A DNA stretch of 64,000 nucleotides. It comes from Deltaproteobacteria bacterium. GTDB taxonomy: Bacteria > Myxococcota_A > Polyangia > JAAYKL01. Under the pieces are notes generated by a model. It saw only the letters and a program-made list of their open reading frames with translations. It was not told where the DNA came from and searched no databases. Made by a program: the position numbers and the translations under genes. Positions 1-9,562 of this stretch are shown here, one piece after another. The stretch is taken from contig JAFGQN010000096.1 in assembly GCA_016935665.1 (NCBI GenBank), forward strand, positions 8,841-72,840, written 5' to 3'. How positions within the stretch are numbered: position 1 is the first letter of the stretch; every line of letters begins with the position of its first letter.

Positions 1-143
1 CGGATTGCGGATAAGTTCTCCATCGCGGCGGCGCCATTCTCGGCTTCATGGACGACAAAATTGTTGTCCTCCAAATACATCGCTGCTGATTTGCGCACAG
101 TGACGTCGTCTTCAACCAATAGAACCACAGGCATTGTACTCAT
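1..143 (-). CDS. Response regulator receiver domain protein (N-terminal part; runs off the window edge)
   Basis: Manual translation from ATG at 143 gives MSTMPVVLLVEDDVTVRKSAAMYLEDNNFVVHEAENGAAAMENLS, a typical REC start (LLVEDD ... A.NG..A). AGGAGGAG RBS lies upstream. Not in the ORF track. Confidence 0.85.
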   Translation of the reverse strand, partial: MSTMPVVLLVEDDVTVRKSAAMYLEDNNFVVHEAENGAAAMENLSAI

Positions 144-287
144 GCTAACCCTCTCCTCCTTGATAATTCTTTATAAATGAATTTCGGTGCGAGGTCATGA
201 GATGATGTCTCTTTTTCCAGAAAGCATTACTGTTTATTGAAAGTTCAGTTCGTGGGAATCAAGGAAACGGAAACGACGCAGGGATTG

Positions 288-3200
288 CTATGTCCATTGC
301 ACCAGTCCCGTTTCCTGTGTACAGGTAAGCAACGGATGCGTTGGAACCACACGCAGCGCGTATCTGAAGGTGCCACTGAAATCCAGCTGATGCGACAGCG
401 CATATTTAAATACGGTCGGATCAGATGTGGTTACGGGTTTCAGAGAAATAGTCCTTGGCTCATCTGCAAATTGATCTCCTGCGTCCTGCCCAATGATGAG
501 TTCTGCCTTCAGTTCCTCCTCCTTCATTTTTCCAGGAATCACCGTCATTTCTATTTCCAATGGTGTATTGGGTGGCAACATGTCACCATCCAGTCCTTTT
601 ATTTTGACGTGATCAATCTGTACCGTGGAAAAACGTGCTTTGATACTTCGTTTCCAGTCGGTCAACAGAGCGATGTCCCGGTACTTCTCGGCACGCAATT
701 GCATCGCCCGTTTTGCTGTTGGAATGTACAGACGCTCGTGGTACTCGTTTACCATTCGCATTGTGGAAAAAACGGGAGCCAATTTTTTATAGGCGGATTT
801 CATTTTGCGAACCCATGCGACGGGAACATTTTGCTTGTCTCTTTCGTAGTACGTTGGCGCAATGTCATTTAACAGAATATTGAACAATGCGTTGTTGTCC
901 ATCTCGTCCTGATGGTTTCGGCCAATAGGGGTTGCCGTGCAATTGATGGCATATCCCACTTCATCGTCATAGCCTTCATCCCACCAGCCATCCAGAATGG
1001 AACAGTTCAATCCACCATTGGGCACAACTTTCATTCCGCTCGTTCCGCTGGCCTCGTGGGGACGAACAGGTGTATTCAGCCATACATCCACACCCTGAGT
1101 CAGCAGCCGCCCCAGTTTCATATTGTAGTTTTCCAGATAGAAAATTTTTCCTTTAAATTCCGGAGTGCGGGATTCTTCAATAATCTTTTTAATGAGTTCT
1201 TTACCCTGGGTATCTGCAGGATGAGCTTTACCGGCAAACAGTATCTGTACTGGTTTTTCCGGATTGTTGAGCAGGTTCACCAACGCCTCGCGATGTTTAA
1301 ACATTAGCGTGCCACGTTTATAGGTGGCAAATCGTCTGGCAAAACCGATGGTGAGGGCGTCCGGATTTATACCTTCGATGGAATCCTTGATAAACGTGGG
1401 GGTTTCCCCTCGGCGGCTGTAATCCGTATACAGCTTTTCTTTCAACTGCTCAATCATGCGCTTTTTCTGTGAACGATGTTCATACCAGAGAATTTCGTCA
1501 GGCACCTTGTCTATTCCCAACCAGACGATGGGATCGTCCTGATTTTCGTCCCATATTATTTCAAGATACTGATCCAATAGCCGCTTGAGGTCTTCACCTA
1601 TCCATGAAGTTATATGAATTCCATTTGTAATAGATGTAATTGGCACTTCATCCCGGTCCAGTTCTTTCCACACATCCTGCCACATTTCGCGGCAAACCTT
1701 TCCGTGGAGTTTGGAGACACCGTTGGCGCGGCTGGAAAGCTTCAACGCCAGCACAGTCATGGAGAAGGCGCGATTTTCTTCGCCGGGTTTCGAAAATCCC
1801 ATTTCCATAAGCTGGTCAAACGTGATGGAGAGGCGCGCAGGTACTTCTGCAAAGTACTTTTGCATCAACTCAATGTCAAAGGTCTCATTACCTGCAGGCA
1901 CGGGCGTATGTGTTGTAAAGACGGAAGAGGCCTTCACCATTTCACGCGCTTCCTGGAAGCTGAGTCCTTCCTTCATAAATCGCTCGATTCGCTCGAACAG
2001 AAGGAATCCACAATGGCCTTCGTTTAAATGATAGACCTGTGGTTTCAGTCCGAGTTTATCTTCAATCAGCTTCACGCCGCCCATTCCCAATACAATTTCC
2101 TGCTCGATTCGCATTTTTTTACCGCCGCCATAGAGCTTGGACGAAATGCGCCGGTCGTCAGGATGGTTTTCGTCAACATCTGTATCCAACAGATACAGTG
2201 TTATTCTTCCCACATACACTTTCCATATTTTAGCAATGACCTCGCGTCCCGGTAATGGAACGGAGATGCGAACCTCCTGGTTGTATTTGTCGCGCAATGC
2301 CTCAATGGGAAGTCCCGTTGGATCCATGATGGGGTAGTGTTCGACCTGATTTCCTGTGATTTCTATTTGTTGTTGAAAGTATCCCTGTTTATAGAAAAAA
2401 CCGATACCAACCATTGGCAGATTTAAATCCGAGGCCGATTTCATATGATCTCCGGAAAGCACTCCCAGACCGCCGGAATAAATGGGCAGACATTCATGAA
2501 TGCAAAACTCCATTGAGAAATAGGCTATTGGATGTTCTTTGCTTAGCGAGCCGCCCGTTTCATATAACCGCCCAGGGCCCGCCATATAGCTTTCAAATTC
2601 ATCGATAACGCGATTGTATTTTTTAACGTAAAGTGGATCGTGCTCTTTGTCTTCGAGCACACTCGGGTGCAGTTTTTCCAGGAAAAGCACTGGATTGGAT
2701 TCCACTTCAGTCCAGAGATAGGGATCCAGGTGTTCAAACAACTCACACGCTTCCGGATGCCAGGCCCACCAAAGATTGTTTGCCAGTTTGCCCAGTTTTG
2801 AAAACGCTTCCGGCAGCAGTGGCGCGACTGTCAATCTGCGGTAGTGAGGCCCCGGTCCTTCAGCGCCTTTAAATGATATAAACAACTGATCCGAGAACGA
2901 GCTCGTATCGAGCGAATTGAGGCGCTTTTCGGCAATACTGCTGGCGGCCGTATAACTCTTTTGATAATTTTTGTAAAATGAGGCCCAACTTGCCATATCG
3001 GCAATTTTCCGGGCCATAATGCGCATGTCTTCCAAATCAGAACTGTTGAGAAACGCATACTCGTTCAACGTCTGGAAAAGTGATTCGCAAATATTTTCGT
3101 AGGATTTATTGGCCCGTTCAACAACCATTACCGCTTTACCGGTATCCGCATCCGCATTTACCTCTCTGATCCATCGACCAAAGCCACCTTGGTCACTGGT

Positions 3201-4580
3201 GATAGTGGGAACACCAACGGCGATACTCTCCATGGGTGTATATCCCCACGGTTCGTAAGCGGACGGGAAAATCCCCAGGTCAAAAGTGGAGAGCAGTTCA
3301 TAGTAATTCAAGTTGAAGAAACCGTCATCCTCGTGAATATATGCCGGCGTGAAAATAATTTTTACTTTGCTGGATACGCCGTTGTTGAGACCCAATCTAT
3401 GGCACGCATGCACGATATTGTCGAACTGCTCATTGAACAGGGAGTGGGTGAGAATCCCAGGTTCCACAACGGGCCCCTCAAAGGTTCCGTCCAGTCTTGA
3501 TTTGACCGACTCTTTGATTCCTTCATTGCCTGTCGCAATCAGAAACCATACCACTACAGTTGGTGCGTCGGGGTTGTCTTTGATTTCTCTGTTTAATATC
3601 GCCAAACTTTCCAAAAGAACATCGTAGCCTTTGTTGCGATATTCATACCGGCCTGCGGTGGCCCACAGTTTCGCATTTTCGGGTAGTGGTTGTCCCAGAA
3701 ATGAGGACGCCATAGATACTACTTTTTTCCGAGTGTTGCCGGTTTTGGATGTGATGCTTCTAAGTGTTCCAAGCTCCTCTGAATTGATACCGTTATAAAC
3801 GAGATAATGCGGGCGCACCCCAAGCATTTTAGCGGACTCTTCCGCTGTGACTTTGCTGACTGTTGTAAAAATATCGGCTTCTCTGGCACATGCCGATTCT
3901 AGAGACGCTTTGGCTGGGACGCCATACGTAACGGCATCTTTGGCGGGGTCGACCTGCACGTCTTCGGAATAAATATCAATTCCCGCACCGCTCATGGAAC
4001 GCCCGAGAACGGTTGCATGTGTTGTAAAAACAGTTCCAATTTCAGGTGTGGTTTTCTTGAGATGAAGCAGACCGGCGCCGCTCATCCATTCGTGAAAATG
4101 GGCCGCTGCCGTATCCTCCGGGCCAAGTATGGCGCCGTGGATAGTTTCTATAACTTCGCCACACGCCGTGGCAAAAACCACTGGCTCAATGTAATCCCAA
4201 CTGCTGCCCATTGAGTTGATGCCGAAACGTTGCCAATACTGATACAGCAGCTTGCCGGAATCATACTTGTCTTTATAGTCCACTAGAATCACGCGTGGAT
4301 TTCCATCTGTTTTCCAACGTCCCAATTTGCACTGTAAATTTCTTTCCTCCAATGCCGGACGGATTCGCTGATACAGATCGTCGTCATCAATTTCTTCAAA
4401 ATCGATGGTTCTGTCGAGAAGTGGACCCAACAGAAAGTAATTGTCTCCGTAGTCATTGACTGCCTGCGATGCTTTTGAGCGAATTACAGTGTGAATCCCC
4501 CCCACCAGATTGCAAACTTCCCAGCTTACTTCAAACAGATATTTCATTTCCTTCAATCTCCTTAACGAATCGTTCTCCAC
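288..4580 (-). CDS. glgP: Glycogen synthase (GT3)-alpha-glucan phosphorylase (GT35) fusion protein
   Basis: N-terminal ~575 aa carry GT3 motifs (LFEVSWEVCN.VGGIHTV, HFHEWM, FTTHAT.LGR, GRYEYRNKG, FPSAYEPWGYTPMES). C-terminal part carries phosphorylase motifs (YFSMEF, YSGGLGVLSGDH, HLNEGH, FTTHTPVPAG, GFARRFATYKR, GKAHPAD, PLP-lysine motif EASGTSGMK). Start codon uncertain. Confidence 0.93.
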   Translation of the reverse strand: MENDSLRRLKEMKYLFEVSWEVCNLVGGIHTVIRSKASQAVNDYGDNYFLLGPLLDRTIDFEEIDDDDLYQRIRPALEERNLQCKLGRWKTDGNPRVILVDYKDKYDSGKLLYQYWQRFGINSMGSSWDYIEPVVFATACGEVIETIHGAILGPEDTAAAHFHEWMSGAGLLHLKKTTPEIGTVFTTHATVLGRSMSGAGIDIYSEDVQVDPAKDAVTYGVPAKASLESACAREADIFTTVSKVTAEESAKMLGVRPHYLVYNGINSEELGTLRSITSKTGNTRKKVVSMASSFLGQPLPENAKLWATAGRYEYRNKGYDVLLESLAILNREIKDNPDAPTVVVWFLIATGNEGIKESVKSRLDGTFEGPVVEPGILTHSLFNEQFDNIVHACHRLGLNNGVSSKVKIIFTPAYIHEDDGFFNLNYYELLSTFDLGIFPSAYEPWGYTPMESIAVGVPTITSDQGGFGRWIREVNADADTGKAVMVVERANKSYENICESLFQTLNEYAFLNSSDLEDMRIMARKIADMASWASFYKNYQKSYTAASSIAEKRLNSLDTSSFSDQLFISFKGAEGPGPHYRRLTVAPLLPEAFSKLGKLANNLWWAWHPEACELFEHLDPYLWTEVESNPVLFLEKLHPSVLEDKEHDPLYVKKYNRVIDEFESYMAGPGRLYETGGSLSKEHPIAYFSMEFCIHECLPIYSGGLGVLSGDHMKSASDLNLPMVGIGFFYKQGYFQQQIEITGNQVEHYPIMDPTGLPIEALRDKYNQEVRISVPLPGREVIAKIWKVYVGRITLYLLDTDVDENHPDDRRISSKLYGGGKKMRIEQEIVLGMGGVKLIEDKLGLKPQVYHLNEGHCGFLLFERIERFMKEGLSFQEAREMVKASSVFTTHTPVPAGNETFDIELMQKYFAEVPARLSITFDQLMEMGFSKPGEENRAFSMTVLALKLSSRANGVSKLHGKVCREMWQDVWKELDRDEVPITSITNGIHITSWIGEDLKRLLDQYLEIIWDENQDDPIVWLGIDKVPDEILWYEHRSQKKRMIEQLKEKLYTDYSRRGETPTFIKDSIEGINPDALTIGFARRFATYKRGTLMFKHREALVNLLNNPEKPVQILFAGKAHPADTQGKELIKKIIEESRTPEFKGKIFYLENYNMKLGRLLTQGVDVWLNTPVRPHEASGTSGMKVVPNGGLNCSILDGWWDEGYDDEVGYAINCTATPIGRNHQDEMDNNALFNILLNDIAPTYYERDKQNVPVAWVRKMKSAYKKLAPVFSTMRMVNEYHERLYIPTAKRAMQLRAEKYRDIALLTDWKRSIKARFSTVQIDHVKIKGLDGDMLPPNTPLEIEMTVIPGKMKEEELKAELIIGQDAGDQFADEPRTISLKPVTTSDPTVFKYALSHQLDFSGTFRYALRVVPTHPLLTCTQETGLVQWT

Positions 4581-4766
4581 AGAGGGAAGGCTCAGCCAAT
4601 CCGTCGGCTGATTGTCTTGCTCCCCGTTGCCATTGAGGCTACTGGAATCATTTATTCAAAAAAGCACTCCTGAACGGTTGAAACCCAGGAAAGCTTCCCG
4701 AAATAAGAGACCGCCGTTGTTTCCCCGGAACGATTGCACAAGAAACTTGCATACGCCAGTTCCGGT

Positions 4767-5948
4767 TTAGCGGTTCAGTGTTGTTTCAAAGTCTGCGAGC
4801 ACGTTTTGATAATTGATGTATGCATCATAAGGGCTGTTGTATGGGTTAAAATATTTATGGACATCGCCATCTGCGAACCACTTGGTGCACATATAGTAGA
4901 AATGGTCAGAAGTCTGGAGCGACCGCCAGGTGCGAATGAGGTCTTCATTTCCGGTGGCAATCACACGCTCTTCCAGTGCGTATACGGCATCCAGGGCATC
5001 ATCCTGCAAATGGTTTCCGCGCCATGCGGACAAATCGCGTTCAACGTCTGCCCATGAAATGTAATTCGGCACGTTCAGTTTGGCAACCGGTGACAGAGAT
5101 GCAGATACCTCAGCGGGCGTTGCGAATCTGAAATCCGGATTTTTTAGAATCCACTCTGGCAGATGCTCCATGAAATTGAAAATGCCAGAGTCTTCCCATT
5201 GATGCTCTCCAAACGTTTCGTAATCCATAAACAGGTTGATGGTTTCGCCCGACCCGTTGATGGCATGAACCCAATGGGCAAATTTCTCTGCCGTTAGTGG
5301 ATAACTGTCCCATGCTTTGTTCGAAAAGCGAAACGCAATGTCATCTGAAAGCTTGTAATTTTTAAGCAGCAACTTCAATTTGTTGCAGGTTTGCGGCTGA
5401 TACAGGAAATTAGGGCTGCGCCAGTCCAGCACATGATCTGCACCTTCGGCTAAAATAGTTTTATAGCCCATTTTTTCAACTGCCAGCGCCACATCATTGT
5501 TGTAAATCAACTCTGTGTTTCTAAAAGTTGTTGGCTTTTGACCAAACTCCTGTTGAATGAGTTCGCTGTGTAATTCAACCTGTCGTCGGAACTCGTCCTG
5601 GGAAAACAGGAAAGAAAGAGAATGGTTGTAGGTTTCATCAATGAATTCGACGCATCCTGTATCGGCCAGCGCCTTGAAGGTATCCAGCGTTTCCCTGTTG
5701 AATTTGCGCATCTGGTCGATGCACACTCCCGATATGGAGTAGGAAATCCGAAAAGCCCCCTGAAATCGATCAATCAATCGCAGCATTAGTCGATTGGTTG
5801 GCAGATAGCACTTTTGGGCCACCTTGTTCATTATGGCGCCGTTTTTGTCGTCATCCTCATAAAAATGGTCACGACCAATCTGAAAATAAGAATATTTTTT
5901 TAATCGGTTGGGTTGATGAACCTGAAAATAAAAACATAGATTTACCAT
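4767..5948 (-). CDS. GH57 family alpha-amylase (AmyA-like)
   Basis: YFQVHQP, KCYLPTN, ETYNHSL, FRNTELIY (catalytic E), FMDYETFGEHQW (catalytic D), LQTSDHFYYM. Confidence 0.92.
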   Translation of the reverse strand: MVNLCFYFQVHQPNRLKKYSYFQIGRDHFYEDDDKNGAIMNKVAQKCYLPTNRLMLRLIDRFQGAFRISYSISGVCIDQMRKFNRETLDTFKALADTGCVEFIDETYNHSLSFLFSQDEFRRQVELHSELIQQEFGQKPTTFRNTELIYNNDVALAVEKMGYKTILAEGADHVLDWRSPNFLYQPQTCNKLKLLLKNYKLSDDIAFRFSNKAWDSYPLTAEKFAHWVHAINGSGETINLFMDYETFGEHQWEDSGIFNFMEHLPEWILKNPDFRFATPAEVSASLSPVAKLNVPNYISWADVERDLSAWRGNHLQDDALDAVYALEERVIATGNEDLIRTWRSLQTSDHFYYMCTKWFADGDVHKYFNPYNSPYDAYINYQNVLADFETTLNR

Positions 5949-5974
5949 GCGAATTCCTCATTCTCCTATCGCAC

Positions 5975-7297
5975 TCACGCGATTCTCTCGTAAATATGGC
6001 CAATATGATCAGCAGCGTTTTCCCACTGTATTTTCTTTAATTCCATCGAGCCTCTGTCTACCAGTTCCTGGCGTAATGGTTCGTGTTCCAGAACCGCCAG
6101 TATTTTGTCTGCCAGTTCGTCGGTATCCCAGAAATCCACTTTCAGTGCACTGTCAAGAATTTCAGATACTCCTGATGTTTTGGAGATAATAACAGGAACG
6201 TCATAGCGCATCGCTTCAAGCGGTGAGATGCCAAATGGTTCGGAAACGCTGGGCATCACGTACAAATCACTGTCTTTGTACATCTCTTCAACTTCTGCGC
6301 CTTTGAGGAATCCGGTGAAGTGAAATTTTCGGCCCAGACGAAGCTCGGCGATTCGCTCAATCATCTTGGGCGCCATATCGCCACTGCCCGCCATCACGAA
6401 ACGAACATTTTCATTTCGCGCAATTACTTTCGCAGCGGCTTCCACAAAATAATCGGGACCTTTCTGAAAGGTAATACGCCCGAGGAACAGAACCACTTTT
6501 TCTTTGGTTCCTTTTTGATGTCCGTTTTTGCCTGCATAACTGTCTTTGGCCACAGCATTATGCACCACATGAACCTTATCTGGTGAAACGCCGTAACGAT
6601 TGATGATCATGTTGCGCGTCATATGGCTCACCGCGATGATGGCATCGGCCTGATGAAAGCCATACCGCTCGATGTCATATACCGCCTGGTTCACATGCTC
6701 GCCGCTGCGATCAAACTCAAGGGCATGTGCGTGAATAACCAGCGGCTTGCCGCTGATTCGTTTGGCCTCCACACCCGCCAGCATCGTGAGCCAGTCATGA
6801 ACATGTATCACATCGTGTTCAACCCGCATCGCAATGCTGCCGGCCACGGATGCATACCGAACCACTTCGCTCATCAGGTTAGGGCCATACTCACCTGAAA
6901 GAGAAATGTCGTGACTGGTCGAACGGAAGGCTGCTGGTATCTGTGCAGCGTCCTGCGATGCCAAACGCCTCAGCTCCTCCTGGTATTGCTCTTCTGTCAA
7001 ATAGGGAGACAGCGGCGAGGCGATGGTGTGCACATCGATACTTTTGGAGATTTTCTCAATCTGTCGGACCACAAATTCACGTGGGCTCAGATTGGATGTG
7101 TACACGGGAAACTGGCCCACATCAATTAGATTTACGTGGCTTCCATTGCTCTCCACCTGTTTGAGCCGTGGGAGCACAAAGGAAATGTGGTGATTATGCG
7201 ACGAAAGTGCTTTTGTTAAACCATAGCACGCCACCCCGAGACCGCCGCTGATATGAGGTGGAAATTCCCAGCCATACATTAATACTTTCATTGACAA
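5975..7297 (-). CDS. GT4 family glycosyltransferase (glycogen cluster associated)
   Basis: GWEFPPHISGGLG, HVHDWLT, FLGRITFQKGP, MPSVSEPFGISPLEAM (EX7E motif). Confidence 0.92.
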   Translation of the reverse strand: MSMKVLMYGWEFPPHISGGLGVACYGLTKALSSHNHHISFVLPRLKQVESNGSHVNLIDVGQFPVYTSNLSPREFVVRQIEKISKSIDVHTIASPLSPYLTEEQYQEELRRLASQDAAQIPAAFRSTSHDISLSGEYGPNLMSEVVRYASVAGSIAMRVEHDVIHVHDWLTMLAGVEAKRISGKPLVIHAHALEFDRSGEHVNQAVYDIERYGFHQADAIIAVSHMTRNMIINRYGVSPDKVHVVHNAVAKDSYAGKNGHQKGTKEKVVLFLGRITFQKGPDYFVEAAAKVIARNENVRFVMAGSGDMAPKMIERIAELRLGRKFHFTGFLKGAEVEEMYKDSDLYVMPSVSEPFGISPLEAMRYDVPVIISKTSGVSEILDSALKVDFWDTDELADKILAVLEHEPLRQELVDRGSMELKKIQWENAADHIGHIYERIA

Positions 7298-7321
7298 TGC
7301 TCCCTGATACGTGAAAAAAAT

Positions 7322-9283
7322 TTATTTTTTCCGGTTTTCTTCATACAGAGTAATCAGCCTCAGCATTTCTGCAACGCTCCAGGCCTGACTGGGACAGCCA
7401 TGCCCAGTATGGGGTGATTCTCCATCAAATATTTCTGAAATAGAGCCTATCCCATCCCTCGTGAGATGGGCACGAACCGCTTCGATTATTTCTTCAATTA
7501 CAGGTAACGCGGCTTTGGCATCCAGTTTTAGCAATCCTTCTCCATAGTGACCAATCAGCCACGGCCAAACTGTACCGTTGTGATATGCGGCATCCCGTTC
7601 ATTGGGGCCACCACTGTATTTCCCTTTATACCCCGGATCCTCAGGAGACAGCGTTCGCAGTCCCAGTGGGGTGTAGAGGTGACGGGTAACTACGTCGAGC
7701 ACACTTTTAGCCTGCGTTTCATCGAGCATGGTATGCGGTAATGACACCGCAAAAATCTGGTTGGGACGAATCCGGGTGTCTGGTTCGGTATTGGTGACGA
7801 GATCGGCCAGATAACCACCGTTGTCAACCCAGAACTCTCTTAGAAATGCTTCTTTGATTCGGGGGGCCAAATCCTTGGCATATCGACAGCCCTGGACTTC
7901 GCCCATGTCCACCAGCTCTCCCAGAAAACAAACCATGTTGTACCAGAGCGCATTGACTTCAACCGGGCAGCCATTTCTTGGCGTGACGGGCTGTCCGTTG
8001 CTGTTGGCATCCATCCAGGTGATCTGTGTATCGTAGGAGCCGGCGCGAATCAGTCCGTCTTCCCGCATCTGGATGTTGTGCATGGTACCTTTTTGGAAAT
8101 GCGTAAATATTTTTTCAAGCGTATCAAATATCGGGCCTCTCAGCGCCGTGATATCTCTGGTTTTGTATAGATACTGCTGTACGGCCCATGCAAACCACAG
8201 GCTGGCGTCCACTGAATTATACGCATTATGAACGGGATCGGTACCTAAAAAATTAGGAATTACGCCGTCTTTTACGTTCGAAGCAAATTCGGTGAGCACA
8301 TCCACATAATCAGGGTTCTTTTTATTGTCATGCAGCAGCAGGCCGGGCAACGCTATCATGGCATCGCGCCCCCATTCCAGAAACCATGGGAATCCAGCGG
8401 TAATCGCTTTATGCCCACTGACGCGAGTGGATACAAATTGATGCGCAGACCATTTGAGCGGTTTCTGAAGTGTTGTGCCCCGTAAACGCTTGTAAAAAAG
8501 ACTACGCCGACTAATCTCGTGGTCGAATACCCGTTCAAGGTCGTCGTGCTCTTCGGTAGACGCCATCACAATGACTTTTTCACCTTTGGGGAAATGAATT
8601 TCGAACATTCCAGGGGAGAACAGATCTTCCTGTGCAGGGAAGCCGCGTCTCAATTCCTGCAGGTACTCCACATTTCGGTACCAGTTTGGCGCGGGAAAAA
8701 ATTCGAATGTGCCGGTGGTCTGCACATACAAAGGGGGCATTCCTTCGTAGGGTTGAATTTTAAATCCGTTTTTCACGGGCCATGTTCGCACCTGAAGCGA
8801 GACATTTTCTGCGGTTAACGAATGAAAGTCCCTGTACGCCAGCATTGGCCGGATTACCAGTTTCGAATCATTGGAATTTTTGGTGCATTCATATTGGCAG
8901 ACCACTGTATTTTCATCTTGCAGCATGACTACCTTTTTGGTCAGGTTCACTTTGGAAGTCTGGTATTTAAATACAGGCATTTTGTCATGGACAAACCCAA
9001 TGAGATTTTTATAGCCCGCCGGCGCGACAGCGCCACAATATTGCGTGGTGGAAAGTCCTGTTTCCTCTTCTCCGGAAACCAGGCCCTCATCCAGATTGGA
9101 TAAAAGAACAAATTTTCCCTCTGGCCTGGGCAATCGTGCCACCAGCATGCCGTGGTATTTCCTGGTATTACAACCTGCGATAGTACTGGAGGCGTATCCG
9201 CCAATTCCGTTGGTTTCCAGCCACTCCCGATTCGTGGCCTGTTTAAAATCCTGACAATCCTTGCGCTGAATTTTTATAGACAT
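7322..9283 (-). CDS. Amylo-alpha-1,6-glucosidase / glycogen debranching enzyme (GH133-type)
   Basis: REWLETNGIGGYASST, TRKYHGML, AGFPWF.EWGRDAMIALPGL, YNSVDASLW, TWMDA, PVEVNALWYN, YHNGTVWPWL, QAWSVAE. Confidence 0.92.
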   Translation of the reverse strand: MSIKIQRKDCQDFKQATNREWLETNGIGGYASSTIAGCNTRKYHGMLVARLPRPEGKFVLLSNLDEGLVSGEEETGLSTTQYCGAVAPAGYKNLIGFVHDKMPVFKYQTSKVNLTKKVVMLQDENTVVCQYECTKNSNDSKLVIRPMLAYRDFHSLTAENVSLQVRTWPVKNGFKIQPYEGMPPLYVQTTGTFEFFPAPNWYRNVEYLQELRRGFPAQEDLFSPGMFEIHFPKGEKVIVMASTEEHDDLERVFDHEISRRSLFYKRLRGTTLQKPLKWSAHQFVSTRVSGHKAITAGFPWFLEWGRDAMIALPGLLLHDNKKNPDYVDVLTEFASNVKDGVIPNFLGTDPVHNAYNSVDASLWFAWAVQQYLYKTRDITALRGPIFDTLEKIFTHFQKGTMHNIQMREDGLIRAGSYDTQITWMDANSNGQPVTPRNGCPVEVNALWYNMVCFLGELVDMGEVQGCRYAKDLAPRIKEAFLREFWVDNGGYLADLVTNTEPDTRIRPNQIFAVSLPHTMLDETQAKSVLDVVTRHLYTPLGLRTLSPEDPGYKGKYSGGPNERDAAYHNGTVWPWLIGHYGEGLLKLDAKAALPVIEEIIEAVRAHLTRDGIGSISEIFDGESPHTGHGCPSQAWSVAEMLRLITLYEENRKK

Positions 9284-9562
9284 CGGTCCCTCTCTTCTTC
9301 ACAAATCCATTCCCTGTAGCTGCAGTATCGCTTTTTTAGAACGGGTTCGTACACACTCTGCGGACATCCAGGGCAACCATAGCTCGGGTGCGCTCATCTG
9401 CGAATCATCCACAATTAATTGTTCGATGTTGTCCAAGGTATGACATCAATTTTTGAATGCGCAAGTTCAAACCTAAAATGTTTGTATAAAAATACAAAAA
9501 AAATAAATCCATCAGCGATATAACTGGTGTTTTTTCCGTAAGTACTGAATTTTTTATTCAGA

